Below, piece after piece: positions 1 through 8,342 of a DNA stretch of 32,028 nucleotides. Each line of letters starts with the position of its first letter. Within the stretch, counting starts at the first letter, position 1. The DNA is from a virus. Location: positions 1 through 32,028 of the IMG/VR virus record IMGVR_UViG_3300012352_000153; one strand, written 5' to 3'. The translations under genes were made by a program, and so were the position numbers. The notes below the pieces were generated by a model that had not been told where the DNA came from, did not search any database, and saw only the letters and a program-made list of their open reading frames with translations.

Positions 1-55
1 GACAGAGTATGAGTAATAGTATGGCAAACAATTACAGATTCTGTCTTAAACCTAA
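1..55. repeat. Terminal overlap copy 1, identical to 31974-32028 (circular contig closure)
   Basis: gacagagtatgagtaatagtatggcaaacaattacagattctgtcttaaacctaa is read at both window ends. Confidence 0.95.
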
Positions 56-464
56 AACAGGCATAAAGAACTTAGGAAGCAGAGTTTTGAAAATGGTAAG
101 AGAAGAAGGTAAACGAAGATGGAAACAAAAGTATGGTAATGATTTAATTCTTTTAGAAACCTATGTTCTTAAAAATGAAAATAGAATAGGAGCAGTTTAC
201 TTAGCAGATAATTGGAACAATGTCGGAATGACAACTGGAGTAAGTATCAGTAAAGCACCATTACTACTATGGCAAAAAGAAACAAGTGAAAGAGGTGAGT
301 TAGCAAGAACCAATCCAAAGGAAGCAATAAGAAAATACGCAGTAGGTAATGAACACTATAAAGTAACTCAATCAAAACCAAAGATGATATTCGTTAAACC
401 ATTAGTAAAGGATTGGAAGAAACTAATATCAGAGGGGGCTGGGGGAATCAAAGTCGAAAGGTAA
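9..464 (+). CDS. DUF4338-family (DruA-like) protein, C-terminal part. The true ORF starts at 31724 and runs through the circular junction.
   Basis: Motifs ANNYRFCLKP, NLGSRVL, RRWKQKYGNDLILLETYV and GAVYLADNWNNVGMTTG match the conserved core I recall for DUF4338. The reading frame is continuous with 31724..31973. Confidence 0.8.
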   Translation: MSNSMANNYRFCLKPKTGIKNLGSRVLKMVREEGKRRWKQKYGNDLILLETYVLKNENRIGAVYLADNWNNVGMTTGVSISKAPLLLWQKETSERGELARTNPKEAIRKYAVGNEHYKVTQSKPKMIFVKPLVKDWKKLISEGAGGIKVER

Positions 465-495
465 AAAATATTGATAGTAGTCTAACAGGCAGTAT

Positions 496-681
496 ATGAG
501 TATAGAAAGAGTAGATTTACCCAATGAGCAGGGTAAGATAGGAGTAAGGATGAAATGGAACGATGTAAAGGATTGTGAAATTCATTATGAGAACAATGAG
601 TTACTTCAAATTATATTTCTATGGGCTCAAAAGGAAGATAGGATAGTACATGGATGGACAATTGAATACGAATATGAATAA
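496..681 (+). CDS. hypothetical protein (61 aa)
   Basis: ORF in the co-directional gene train; no recognisable motif. Confidence 0.55.
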   Translation: MSIERVDLPNEQGKIGVRMKWNDVKDCEIHYENNELLQIIFLWAQKEDRIVHGWTIEYEYE

Positions 682-811
682 AGAAAAAGAAAGCAAGGAA
701 TTAGAAGAGAAATTGAATAGGGATTTTGACGAGTTCTTAGACCACTACTTCTATGCAATGGAAAGAGTAGAGATGACTACTCAAAGTGGTAGTGTTAACG
801 ATGAACAATAG
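674..811 (+). CDS. hypothetical small acidic protein (45 aa, below the ORF-track cutoff)
   Basis: The ATG at 674 overlaps the upstream stop (ATGAATAA). The ORF fills the otherwise empty 682-857 gap. Translation: MNKEKESKELEEKLNRDFDEFLDHYFYAMERVEMTTQSGSVNDEQ. Confidence 0.35.
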   Translation: MNKEKESKELEEKLNRDFDEFLDHYFYAMERVEMTTQSGSVNDEQ

Positions 812-857
812 AGTGGGTGTTATATATACATATATACCAATAAAATAATGGACTCAA

Positions 858-1166
858 ATGGGAAAGTTTGAAAAAGGACATCAATTAAGTAAGGGGAGAC
901 CAAAGGGGGCTCTCAACCGTTCGACAGAAGAAATGAAGTTAACCATAGCACGTGCGGTAAACAATACACTATCTACTATATCATCAGATTTACAAGAGAT
1001 TAAAAAGGATGACCCAGTTGCGGCAGTTAACTTAGCACTGAAGTTATTAGAATATACTTTACCTAAGATGAGAAGTGTAGATGTAAAGGGTTCAATGGAA
1101 ATTGACCAACGTATTCAGCAAATTACAGTTAATATAAATAAAACAGGTAGTGGAGCTAACGATTAA
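858..1166 (+). CDS. putative terminase small subunit
   Basis: 102 aa, basic N-terminus with GRPKGALNR. Lies immediately upstream of, and overlaps, the large terminase gene. Confidence 0.45.
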   Translation: MGKFEKGHQLSKGRPKGALNRSTEEMKLTIARAVNNTLSTISSDLQEIKKDDPVAAVNLALKLLEYTLPKMRSVDVKGSMEIDQRIQQITVNINKTGSGAND

Positions 1167-2319
1167 TACTACAATTACTTTTGAGAATATAATGGAATCC
1201 ACTAATAGGATTTCACAACACATCGGAGGAACACGTAGTGGAAAGACATACGCCATTCTTCAATACCTCGTTGTACAAGCGCTTGAAAGTAAACAAACGA
1301 TAACTATTGTAAGAAAGACAATACCATCGCTTAAAAGGACTGTAATGAAGGATTTCAAAGATATCCTTACTGATATGTCTATATGGAGAGATGATAACAA
1401 TAACATATCGGACAGAATATATAAATTGGGTGATAGTACTATTCAGTTTATTTCCACAGATGATGCTGAAAAACTTAGAGGGGTTAAGTCTGACATTCTT
1501 TTTATAGATGAGGCATCAGAGATTGACCAAGAGAGTTACTTCCAATTAAGTATCCGTACATCAGGTAAAATCATTTTAGCTTATAACCCTACTATATCAC
1601 CTTACCATTGGTTAAGACAAATGAATGATTGTGATAAGTATGTAACCACATATAAAGATAATCCTTACTTACCTGCTGAAATGGTTAAAGCAATTGAGGA
1701 CTTACAGATTACCAACCCTAAGTATTGGGCTATCTATGGTAAAGGGGAATTCGCTGCTAATGATAAGGCAATCTATACTTTTGATATCGTTGACGACTTT
1801 GAAGCAGAGTTTGTGGCATTTGGATTGGACTGGGGATACTCACAAGACCCTACTGCCGTAGTTGCTATCTATAAAAATGGTAACGACCTTTTCATCGAAG
1901 AGGTTCTATACGAAAAGGGATTAGTGATGAACGATTTGTCTGACAGGTTAAGTAAATTAAATATAGATAAGAGTTATGAGATATGGTGTGATAGTTCAGA
2001 ACCTCGTAGTGTAGAAGAACTATATCGTAGTGGGTTTAATGCAAAGGCAGTTAAGAAAGGACCTGATAGTATTAAGTTTGGTATATCAGTCTTACAGAAC
2101 TATAAACTACACATCCTTAAATCATCACAGAATCTAATCAATGAGATGTACGCATACCAATACGCAACTGATAAGCATGGTTATGTTACAGATAACCCAG
2201 AAGGTGGATTAGACCACTTATTAGATGCGGCTAGATACGTTGCTATGATGAAGTTATCGGTTAAGGCACAGAAGAAGGGGACATACGCAATATCAATTGG
2301 TAAATACAGTAATTTTTAA
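1150..2319 (+). CDS. terL: terminase large subunit
   Basis: Walker A GGTRSGKT and Walker B ILFIDEA. Nuclease-half acidic motifs GLDWG, WCDSSEP, LDAARY. GTG start at 1150; an alternative ATG lies at 1192. Confidence 0.9.
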   Translation: MELTINTTITFENIMESTNRISQHIGGTRSGKTYAILQYLVVQALESKQTITIVRKTIPSLKRTVMKDFKDILTDMSIWRDDNNNISDRIYKLGDSTIQFISTDDAEKLRGVKSDILFIDEASEIDQESYFQLSIRTSGKIILAYNPTISPYHWLRQMNDCDKYVTTYKDNPYLPAEMVKAIEDLQITNPKYWAIYGKGEFAANDKAIYTFDIVDDFEAEFVAFGLDWGYSQDPTAVVAIYKNGNDLFIEEVLYEKGLVMNDLSDRLSKLNIDKSYEIWCDSSEPRSVEELYRSGFNAKAVKKGPDSIKFGISVLQNYKLHILKSSQNLINEMYAYQYATDKHGYVTDNPEGGLDHLLDAARYVAMMKLSVKAQKKGTYAISIGKYSNF

Positions 2320-2320
2320 T

Positions 2321-2521
2321 ATGGCAGAAGTAAATAAAAAAGAGCAAGTTTGGACAAGTAGTGAGATAAGAGAGATATTAGTACACGTTGCCGAACTACA
2401 ACAAACCAATGAGGATTTAAGAGCAGGTATCATTATGATGCAAGCTGCATTGGATAGGGAAACGGCTAAGGTTACAAGATATAAGAACGTATTAAAAGCA
2501 TTCGGAGTAGGAGAAGTATAA
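2321..2521 (+). CDS. hypothetical coiled-coil protein (66 aa)
   Basis: The ATG at 2321 directly follows the terL stop. The track start at 2297 would overlap terL. Confidence 0.55.
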   Translation: MAEVNKKEQVWTSSEIREILVHVAELQQTNEDLRAGIIMMQAALDRETAKVTRYKNVLKAFGVGEV

Positions 2522-2525
2522 ACAA

Positions 2526-2596
2526 TGTTCTTTGGTGTAACGGTAGCACATCTGGTTTTGGTCCAGACAGTCGGAGTTCGAATCTCTGAAGAACAA
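2526..2596 (+). tRNA. trnQ: tRNA-Gln, anticodon UUG
   Basis: Manual cloverleaf. Acceptor TGTTCTT/AAGAACA (U1-A72). D stem GTGT/GCAC. Anticodon stem TCTGG/CCAGA with loop TTTTGGT. T stem CGGAG/CTCTG with loop TTCGAAT. Discriminator A. Confidence 0.85.
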
Positions 2597-2611
2597 CTAA
2601 AATAAAATGAT

Positions 2612-3268
2612 ATGAAAAAGCAAATAACAATTGAAGTACCAAATGACTATACTGCGATAACACTTCGTAAGTATTTAAAGATGCATAAGGATATGGAATC
2701 ATATAAGGATAATGAGGAAGCAATCACTGCTACTCTATTCTATCACTTATGTCACTTAGAACCTGGCATCATCAATCAATTAGATACTGAAACATTTGGT
2801 AAGATTAAAGACCAAATCTACGCATTCGTTGGTAGACAGGATTTTGAATTACAAAGGATTGTTGAAATAGATGGGGTTGAATATGGATTTGAACCTAACC
2901 TATCTCAAATGGCTTATGGGGCATACGTTGATATCAGTAAGTATAAGGAGTTATCAATCAATGATGATTGGGCAACTATAATGAGTATCTTATACAGACC
3001 TGTAACAAAGAAGATAGGTAAGTATCTATATAGTATAGAACCCTACACAGGTAAAGAAAATGTTAACAAATGGTTTGATGTAAATATGGAGGTTCATTTG
3101 GGAGCCATGTTTTTTTTTATCAATTTATCAAAAGCCTTACAGAACGCTACCCTGAAATCTTTGATGCTCAAGGAGGAGATGCCAGCCAACATCAAATCAA
3201 TTTTGGAAACAAGTGGGGTAGTTATCAATCGCTTATCACACTCGCTGGAGGAGCGCTTGAAAGAATAG
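2612..3268 (+). CDS. hypothetical protein, possibly tail-assembly-chaperone-like; zero-frame product of a probable frameshift gene
   Basis: 218-aa ORF containing a T9 run at 3110-3118. After the run, codon usage looks atypical for this genome. Confidence 0.65.
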   Translation: MKKQITIEVPNDYTAITLRKYLKMHKDMESYKDNEEAITATLFYHLCHLEPGIINQLDTETFGKIKDQIYAFVGRQDFELQRIVEIDGVEYGFEPNLSQMAYGAYVDISKYKELSINDDWATIMSILYRPVTKKIGKYLYSIEPYTGKENVNKWFDVNMEVHLGAMFFFINLSKALQNATLKSLMLKEEMPANIKSILETSGVVINRLSHSLEERLKE

Positions 3269-3381
3269 ATGAGGTAGCTAAAGAACCTTTAGAGAAGTGT
3301 CTGCTCTTCTTATCATATCATGCAGACAAAAACTATTTAGAATCGCTTCTACATAAAGAAGCTATGAAATCTTATAAGTAA
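3118..3381 (+). CDS. -1-frame extension joined to 2612..3118 at the T9 run (predicted fusion of about 256 aa)
   Basis: The -1 frame is closed by TGA at 3076-3078, then open to TAA at 3379-3381. It uses genome-typical A/T-ending codons and reads YQFIKSLTERYPEIFDAQGG...LLFLSYHADKNYLESLLHKEAMKSYK. Confidence 0.5.
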   Translation, partial: YQFIKSLTERYPEIFDAQGGDASQHQINFGNKWGSYQSLITLAGGALERIDEVAKEPLEKCLLFLSYHADKNYLESLLHKEAMKSYK

Positions 3382-3430
3382 TAAGTATTTTTATATTTTA
3401 CGATGTTATATCTAATAAACATAATTAGTA

Positions 3431-3697
3431 ATGGCAAAATGGTCTAACAGTCGTAATGGTAACTTGAGATATTCTGTTAACAGAGAGAATGCCTCAGGTA
3501 TCTACATTGGACCAACGCAAGGTTTATCATCACCTAAGAATAGTAGAAGGGCTTGTCTTTGTTTACATTCTAATACTTACGATGTTAAATGTTGTAATGG
3601 TGCTCTAATGGAGCAAGGTATCGGAGTTATTCAAGGGACACCTAGAAATAGAGGTGCGTTCTCTGATGGATTTGATGATGGATTTGAAACAAGTTAA
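3431..3697 (+). CDS. hypothetical Cys-containing protein (88 aa)
   Basis: ORF preceded by an intergenic TGTTATAT motif; no family recognised. Confidence 0.5.
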   Translation: MAKWSNSRNGNLRYSVNRENASGIYIGPTQGLSSPKNSRRACLCLHSNTYDVKCCNGALMEQGIGVIQGTPRNRGAFSDGFDDGFETS

Positions 3698-3714
3698 AAA
3701 AACAATATAAAGAT

Positions 3715-6700
3715 ATGTCTGAATTTTCTAAACAGGCCTTAAAGGTAGAGAACAATACAAACTTTCCTAATAACTCAACAGGGTATATTACACCTGTTTT
3801 ATTAAGAGAGTTTAATACAGATATGATTGACTCAACAGTTAATCAGACTGTATATACAGAGGACTCACAAAGTTGGCTATCATCTATCGAAGCACTTAAT
3901 AATTTCACAGCATCTGCTAGTGGATTAAATACTGGTTCGTTGATGTTAACTGCTTCTGCAGCATCTAATGTAATTACATTCACTAAAGGGGATGGAACTC
4001 AATTTAATGTAACGGTGGCCGATACAACGGACTTAGCTCCGTTAAACGCATTTACTGCAAGTGCGGCAGTTAGTATCAACGCATTAAATAACTTTACTTC
4101 AAGTAATGGTATAAGTGCTTTAAACGCATATACATCTTCTAATGATACTAAGTGGAATAACTTAGGAGCACAAAGTGGAAGTTGGATAACAGAATCGGAA
4201 ACAGGTAGTTTCGCTAAATTAGATGGTGGTAATACTTTTAATGGTAATCAAATCATTTCAGGTAATGTAACTACTACTGGCGGTTTCTATGGTAATGGTG
4301 CTGGTATTACAGGTATCACTGCTTCAGTATCACTTCCTATCTTAGATGAAGGTATCCCACAAGGGAACGCAGTATCAATGAACTTTACAGGTAGTGGTAT
4401 ATCAGCAACAATCGTTGGTGGTACTGCCGTTGTATCTGTTAATGTGCCAGATGCTTCTGTATTGAACGCATTAACTGCTTCATTCAATACTTACACAGGT
4501 TCGAATGATGCAAAAGTAAACTCATTAATAGCAGCTACTGCATCTTACGCTAATTCAGCATCAGTTGCAGCAGTTGACTCAGCACAACAAGCTCAAATCA
4601 ATTCATTGATTGCGGCTACTGCTTCGGTTGATAATAGTATTACTTCATTAAACTCATATACTTCATCTCAAACTTCAATCAATAGTGGGTATAATTCATA
4701 TACTTCATCTAATGATACTAAATGGAGTAACTTAGGTGGACAGAGTGGAAGTTGGGTAACTGAATCTGAAACAGGTTCATTTGCAAGAACTGATGTATCT
4801 AATACATTTACTCAAGCTCAAACTATTAACGCTGACTTGAATGTTAGTGGAACTATCAACGCATACAAATTAAACGTAACCATTGAAAGTTCTTCAGTAA
4901 TTTATAGTAGTGGTTCAAATCAATTTGGAGATGCTGCAAACGATACGCAAACTCTTTATGGTTCTACTAATGTAGTTAACGAATTGACTGCTAGTGGGTT
5001 ACATTATCCAACTGCTGATAATGGTGTTAAATCATTTATGCAAACAGATGGTAATGGTAATTTATCTTTACAATATGTAGATGCAGTATTCGAAACCATT
5101 CGTAATATGAGTGGTGTTGCATTAGATAAAGGAACACCTGTATATATTTCAGGTTCAACCGGAGATAATGGTAACGCATATATAGCAGATGCTTCAGATG
5201 CAGCTAAGATGCCAGCAATGTATATTGTTGGTGAAGATTTAGCAATAGGAGCAACAGGTATAGCTTTGGTAGGTGGTTTAATCGAAGGAGTTAATACAAC
5301 TGGATATCCTGCAGGTACAATCATATACGTTTCTGAAGGCGGTGGATGGAGTTCAATTCGTCCATCGGGAAGTTCATCAATTGTACAAGTATTAGGTGTA
5401 GTTCAAAAAGAAGGTGTTGGTGGACAAGGTGTTGTAATAAATCAATTAGAAGCAACTTTACCAAATATACAAACAGGCTATCTATGGGTAGGTAATGGTG
5501 GAAACCAACCTATCGCAGTGGCAACATCATCATTGGTAACTACTCCAACTGATATATCACATTTGAATCAGGCAACTGCTTCATTACAAGCATTTACTGC
5601 TTCTGCACAGATTTCGATTGATAACTTAAATTCTACTACTGCTAGTTTAAATACTTCAGTTAGTAATTTGAATTCATTTACTCAATCACAGCAAATATTA
5701 AATTCAGGGTTCGCAACTACTGGTTCAAACACATTCCAAGGTAATCAAATCATTAATGGTGCATTAACTGCTTCATTAACAGAAGGTTATGTATGGGCAG
5801 GTGGAGCTGGTAACGTATCTACATTAGTTGCTACATCTTCTTTCGGAGGTGGAGGTGGAGGTGATTTAACTTCATTGAACGCATTTACAGCATCACAAGA
5901 GTTGTTGAATACTACATTTGCTACTACTGGTTCAAACAACTTTGTTGGTATCCAAAATATTGATGCTTCTCAAATTAAACTAAACAGTGGTAGTGCTATA
6001 CAATTATTCGATGGAGCTAGTGGTACATCAGCTATTCAATTTTGGTCTGGCTCTAATGTAACGGGAGATAATCCGAGATGGGTTAATATGCAACCTCAGC
6101 CAGGTGGAGCTGGAACATTAGCAATATCTGCATTCCCTGAAAATAATCACTTTGTATTCTTTAATCCAGCAACTTGGCAAACACAATTTGAATCAGTTGT
6201 TGTGGGTTATGGTGACCATACTAGATTAAAAATAGGTGAAGGATTGGATGTAACGGGTAGTATAAATCAAACAGGTGGTAATACAACGTTAAATGGTAAT
6301 GTAACTTTAACAGGTAGTATAAATCAAAGTGGTGGTACTACTACATTAAATGGTAATTTAAATTTAACAGGTAGTTTTAATCTTACACCAACATCGGTAT
6401 CTACTAATGCAAACTATGTAATTCCATTTATAAGTGGTTCTACATTATCTAAAGATTCAGTAGATACTCTTTTCTATAACCCATCTTTAAATTCATTACA
6501 AGTAAGTGGAAGCACAGGTCGTTCATCTTTAACGGGTACTGGTTACGCATTTTCATCAGGAAGTGGAGCAACTGCGTATCAAGCGAGATTAACTAAATCT
6601 GAAATTTCACAAATAGCAGGTACGGGTTATACAATTGGTATAAGTGGTAATCCATCAGCAACTGGATATACCGGTTTAACAACATCTACTAATCCAGGTA

Positions 6701-7287
6701 TCTTTGCAACAAGTGGTAGTGGGGAAAGTTATGTTGCTATTGAATTACAAGCATCACAATCATTTACTGATGGTAGAGTAACAATTAAAAGACCATTGGT
6801 AGTTGAAGGTAACTTAACTGCTTCATTGCAAGAGGGATATGTATGGGTAGGTAATAGTAGTGGTATAACAACTACGGTAGCAACTTCATCATTTGGTGGT
6901 GGAGGAGCAGCATTCCCTTATACAGGTAGTGCACAAATCACAGGTAGTTTAGGTATTACAGGTTCATTAAGTGGATTACCGATAACATTATCAGTTGCTT
7001 CATCAACGGCATCTATCGATATGAGAGCTGGAAATACATTTATATTAGATATACCAACGGCTACAACAACTCACATTGTTCCTACTAATATAATAGCAGG
7101 TCAAACAATTAACTTATTGTTAAGACAGCCTGTAACATCAGGTAGTGTGGCTTGGTCACCATTAGTATTATTCCCATCGGGTGTAGATATGGTAGCAACG
7201 GCAACAGGTTCAGCAATTGATTTAGTTTCAATGATTTCATTCGATACAACTAACTTAATGGCAGCTAACGTTAAAAACTTAAAATAA
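3715..7287 (+). CDS. tail fiber / large repetitive virion protein (1190 aa)
   Basis: Ser/Thr/Gly/Asn-rich with repeated LNAFTAS-type heptads, an SSGSNQFGD..DTQTL motif and beta-helix-like GN repeats. Shares modules with ORF 13972..15930. Confidence 0.7.
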   Translation: MSEFSKQALKVENNTNFPNNSTGYITPVLLREFNTDMIDSTVNQTVYTEDSQSWLSSIEALNNFTASASGLNTGSLMLTASAASNVITFTKGDGTQFNVTVADTTDLAPLNAFTASAAVSINALNNFTSSNGISALNAYTSSNDTKWNNLGAQSGSWITESETGSFAKLDGGNTFNGNQIISGNVTTTGGFYGNGAGITGITASVSLPILDEGIPQGNAVSMNFTGSGISATIVGGTAVVSVNVPDASVLNALTASFNTYTGSNDAKVNSLIAATASYANSASVAAVDSAQQAQINSLIAATASVDNSITSLNSYTSSQTSINSGYNSYTSSNDTKWSNLGGQSGSWVTESETGSFARTDVSNTFTQAQTINADLNVSGTINAYKLNVTIESSSVIYSSGSNQFGDAANDTQTLYGSTNVVNELTASGLHYPTADNGVKSFMQTDGNGNLSLQYVDAVFETIRNMSGVALDKGTPVYISGSTGDNGNAYIADASDAAKMPAMYIVGEDLAIGATGIALVGGLIEGVNTTGYPAGTIIYVSEGGGWSSIRPSGSSSIVQVLGVVQKEGVGGQGVVINQLEATLPNIQTGYLWVGNGGNQPIAVATSSLVTTPTDISHLNQATASLQAFTASAQISIDNLNSTTASLNTSVSNLNSFTQSQQILNSGFATTGSNTFQGNQIINGALTASLTEGYVWAGGAGNVSTLVATSSFGGGGGGDLTSLNAFTASQELLNTTFATTGSNNFVGIQNIDASQIKLNSGSAIQLFDGASGTSAIQFWSGSNVTGDNPRWVNMQPQPGGAGTLAISAFPENNHFVFFNPATWQTQFESVVVGYGDHTRLKIGEGLDVTGSINQTGGNTTLNGNVTLTGSINQSGGTTTLNGNLNLTGSFNLTPTSVSTNANYVIPFISGSTLSKDSVDTLFYNPSLNSLQVSGSTGRSSLTGTGYAFSSGSGATAYQARLTKSEISQIAGTGYTIGISGNPSATGYTGLTTSTNPGIFATSGSGESYVAIELQASQSFTDGRVTIKRPLVVEGNLTASLQEGYVWVGNSSGITTTVATSSFGGGGAAFPYTGSAQITGSLGITGSLSGLPITLSVASSTASIDMRAGNTFILDIPTATTTHIVPTNIIAGQTINLLLRQPVTSGSVAWSPLVLFPSGVDMVATATGSAIDLVSMISFDTTNLMAANVKNLK

Positions 7288-7288
7288 T

Positions 7289-8062
7289 ATGTTTACAGCA
7301 GCAGCAGTAGAACAAGGTACAATAGTAACAGAAGGGTTAAACGCGTGGTATGACTTTGGTGATATCGCGTGTTTCAATCCTACTTTATATACGGGTAGTA
7401 TAGCAGCAAATACTCCATTCTTTAATCTAGCCCCTAATCAAGCATCTGTAAGTGGAAGTATTACGGGAGCAGTGAATTGGTCTACTGCATTTGGTGGGTG
7501 TTTAAATTTAACAAATAATACAACATCTACTTTATCATACCAAGCAGGTTTGTCAGCATCATTTACAGTACAAGTAGTTGTAACACCAGGTACGGATGCT
7601 AACCCATCTGCTAACTGGACATCGGATGCAGGTGGATGGCCTACTCTTAGAGCAACTAATGGATTGATTTGGGCTCAACAATATGGTGCATCTCCTGGAA
7701 ACTATTTAATTCCTATCCTATACGCAGGAGCAGGTTCATCTACTTTATCAGCAACTGCAATGAGAGTTCCTAATGATGGTTGGAATGCATATATGAGATT
7801 TCCAAACGTATATACATTTTCTACTAATGGAACTAATTCACATAGTAGTTATATGAATAATGTAAACAAAGGGACTGATACAGCAACTAGGACAAGGGGT
7901 AATTCAGCAGTTGGTACAATTTACTTAAACTATGATAACGCTGTAAGTAGTAGACATGGTACAGGTAGAATATGTGCTTACCTACATTACAATAGACAAT
8001 TATCGGATGCGGAGATTTATCAAAACGTTCAATACTATTTAAACAGATTCGGAACTAAGTAA
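7289..8062 (+). CDS. LamG/concanavalin-like domain protein (fiber-associated)
   Basis: The C-terminal signature RICAYLHYNRQLSDAEIYQNVQYY resembles the LamG-type ending (..Y.raLs..Ei..). Lies directly downstream of fiber gene 1. Confidence 0.45.
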   Translation: MFTAAAVEQGTIVTEGLNAWYDFGDIACFNPTLYTGSIAANTPFFNLAPNQASVSGSITGAVNWSTAFGGCLNLTNNTTSTLSYQAGLSASFTVQVVVTPGTDANPSANWTSDAGGWPTLRATNGLIWAQQYGASPGNYLIPILYAGAGSSTLSATAMRVPNDGWNAYMRFPNVYTFSTNGTNSHSSYMNNVNKGTDTATRTRGNSAVGTIYLNYDNAVSSRHGTGRICAYLHYNRQLSDAEIYQNVQYYLNRFGTK

Positions 8063-8063
8063 T

Positions 8064-8285
8064 ATGGAAAAGAAGTATATAATGCTCGATGCTGATAGAT
8101 TTGATTCTATCGATTGGAGTAAAACAGACCAAACAGCAGATACTGCTTATTGGAACATAGAACGTACAGAATTCATTATCTCAATAGATGTGGATAGTGA
8201 TTACCTAAATGAAGATTTATCGTATGATGCGTACTATATTAGAGGAATACTAGCGGACCCGCATTGGGGAGAGATAATATTATAA
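8064..8285 (+). CDS. hypothetical acidic protein (73 aa)
   Basis: ORF abutting the upstream stop; D/E-rich. Confidence 0.5.
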   Translation: MEKKYIMLDADRFDSIDWSKTDQTADTAYWNIERTEFIISIDVDSDYLNEDLSYDAYYIRGILADPHWGEIIL

Positions 8286-8342
8286 TAAAAAATAACTATA
8301 ATTAAAACAAACATTGTTAATAACAATATAAACTAAACACTT

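Noticed and set aside
1-55. The 55-bp repeat as biological direct terminal repeats
   Set aside because: The length equals a common assembler k-mer. The repeat also sits in the middle of a continuous ORF, so an assembly closure artefact is the simpler explanation. Read-end analysis would settle it.
2526-2596. Possibility that the tRNA is a suppressor indicating stop-codon reassignment
   Set aside because: The anticodon loop reads TTTTGGT, giving UUG (a normal Gln anticodon). All long ORFs are also uninterrupted under the standard code.
2472-2723. 83-aa minus-strand ORF
   Set aside because: It lies antisense across the tRNA-Gln gene and the start of ORF 2612. It has a hydrophobic, low-information sequence and is most likely a shadow ORF.
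4287-5324. Minus-strand ORFs 4287..4487 and 5004..5324 inside the fiber gene
   Set aside because: Both are fully embedded antisense to a 1190-aa ORF with clear coding structure, and there are no independent signals.
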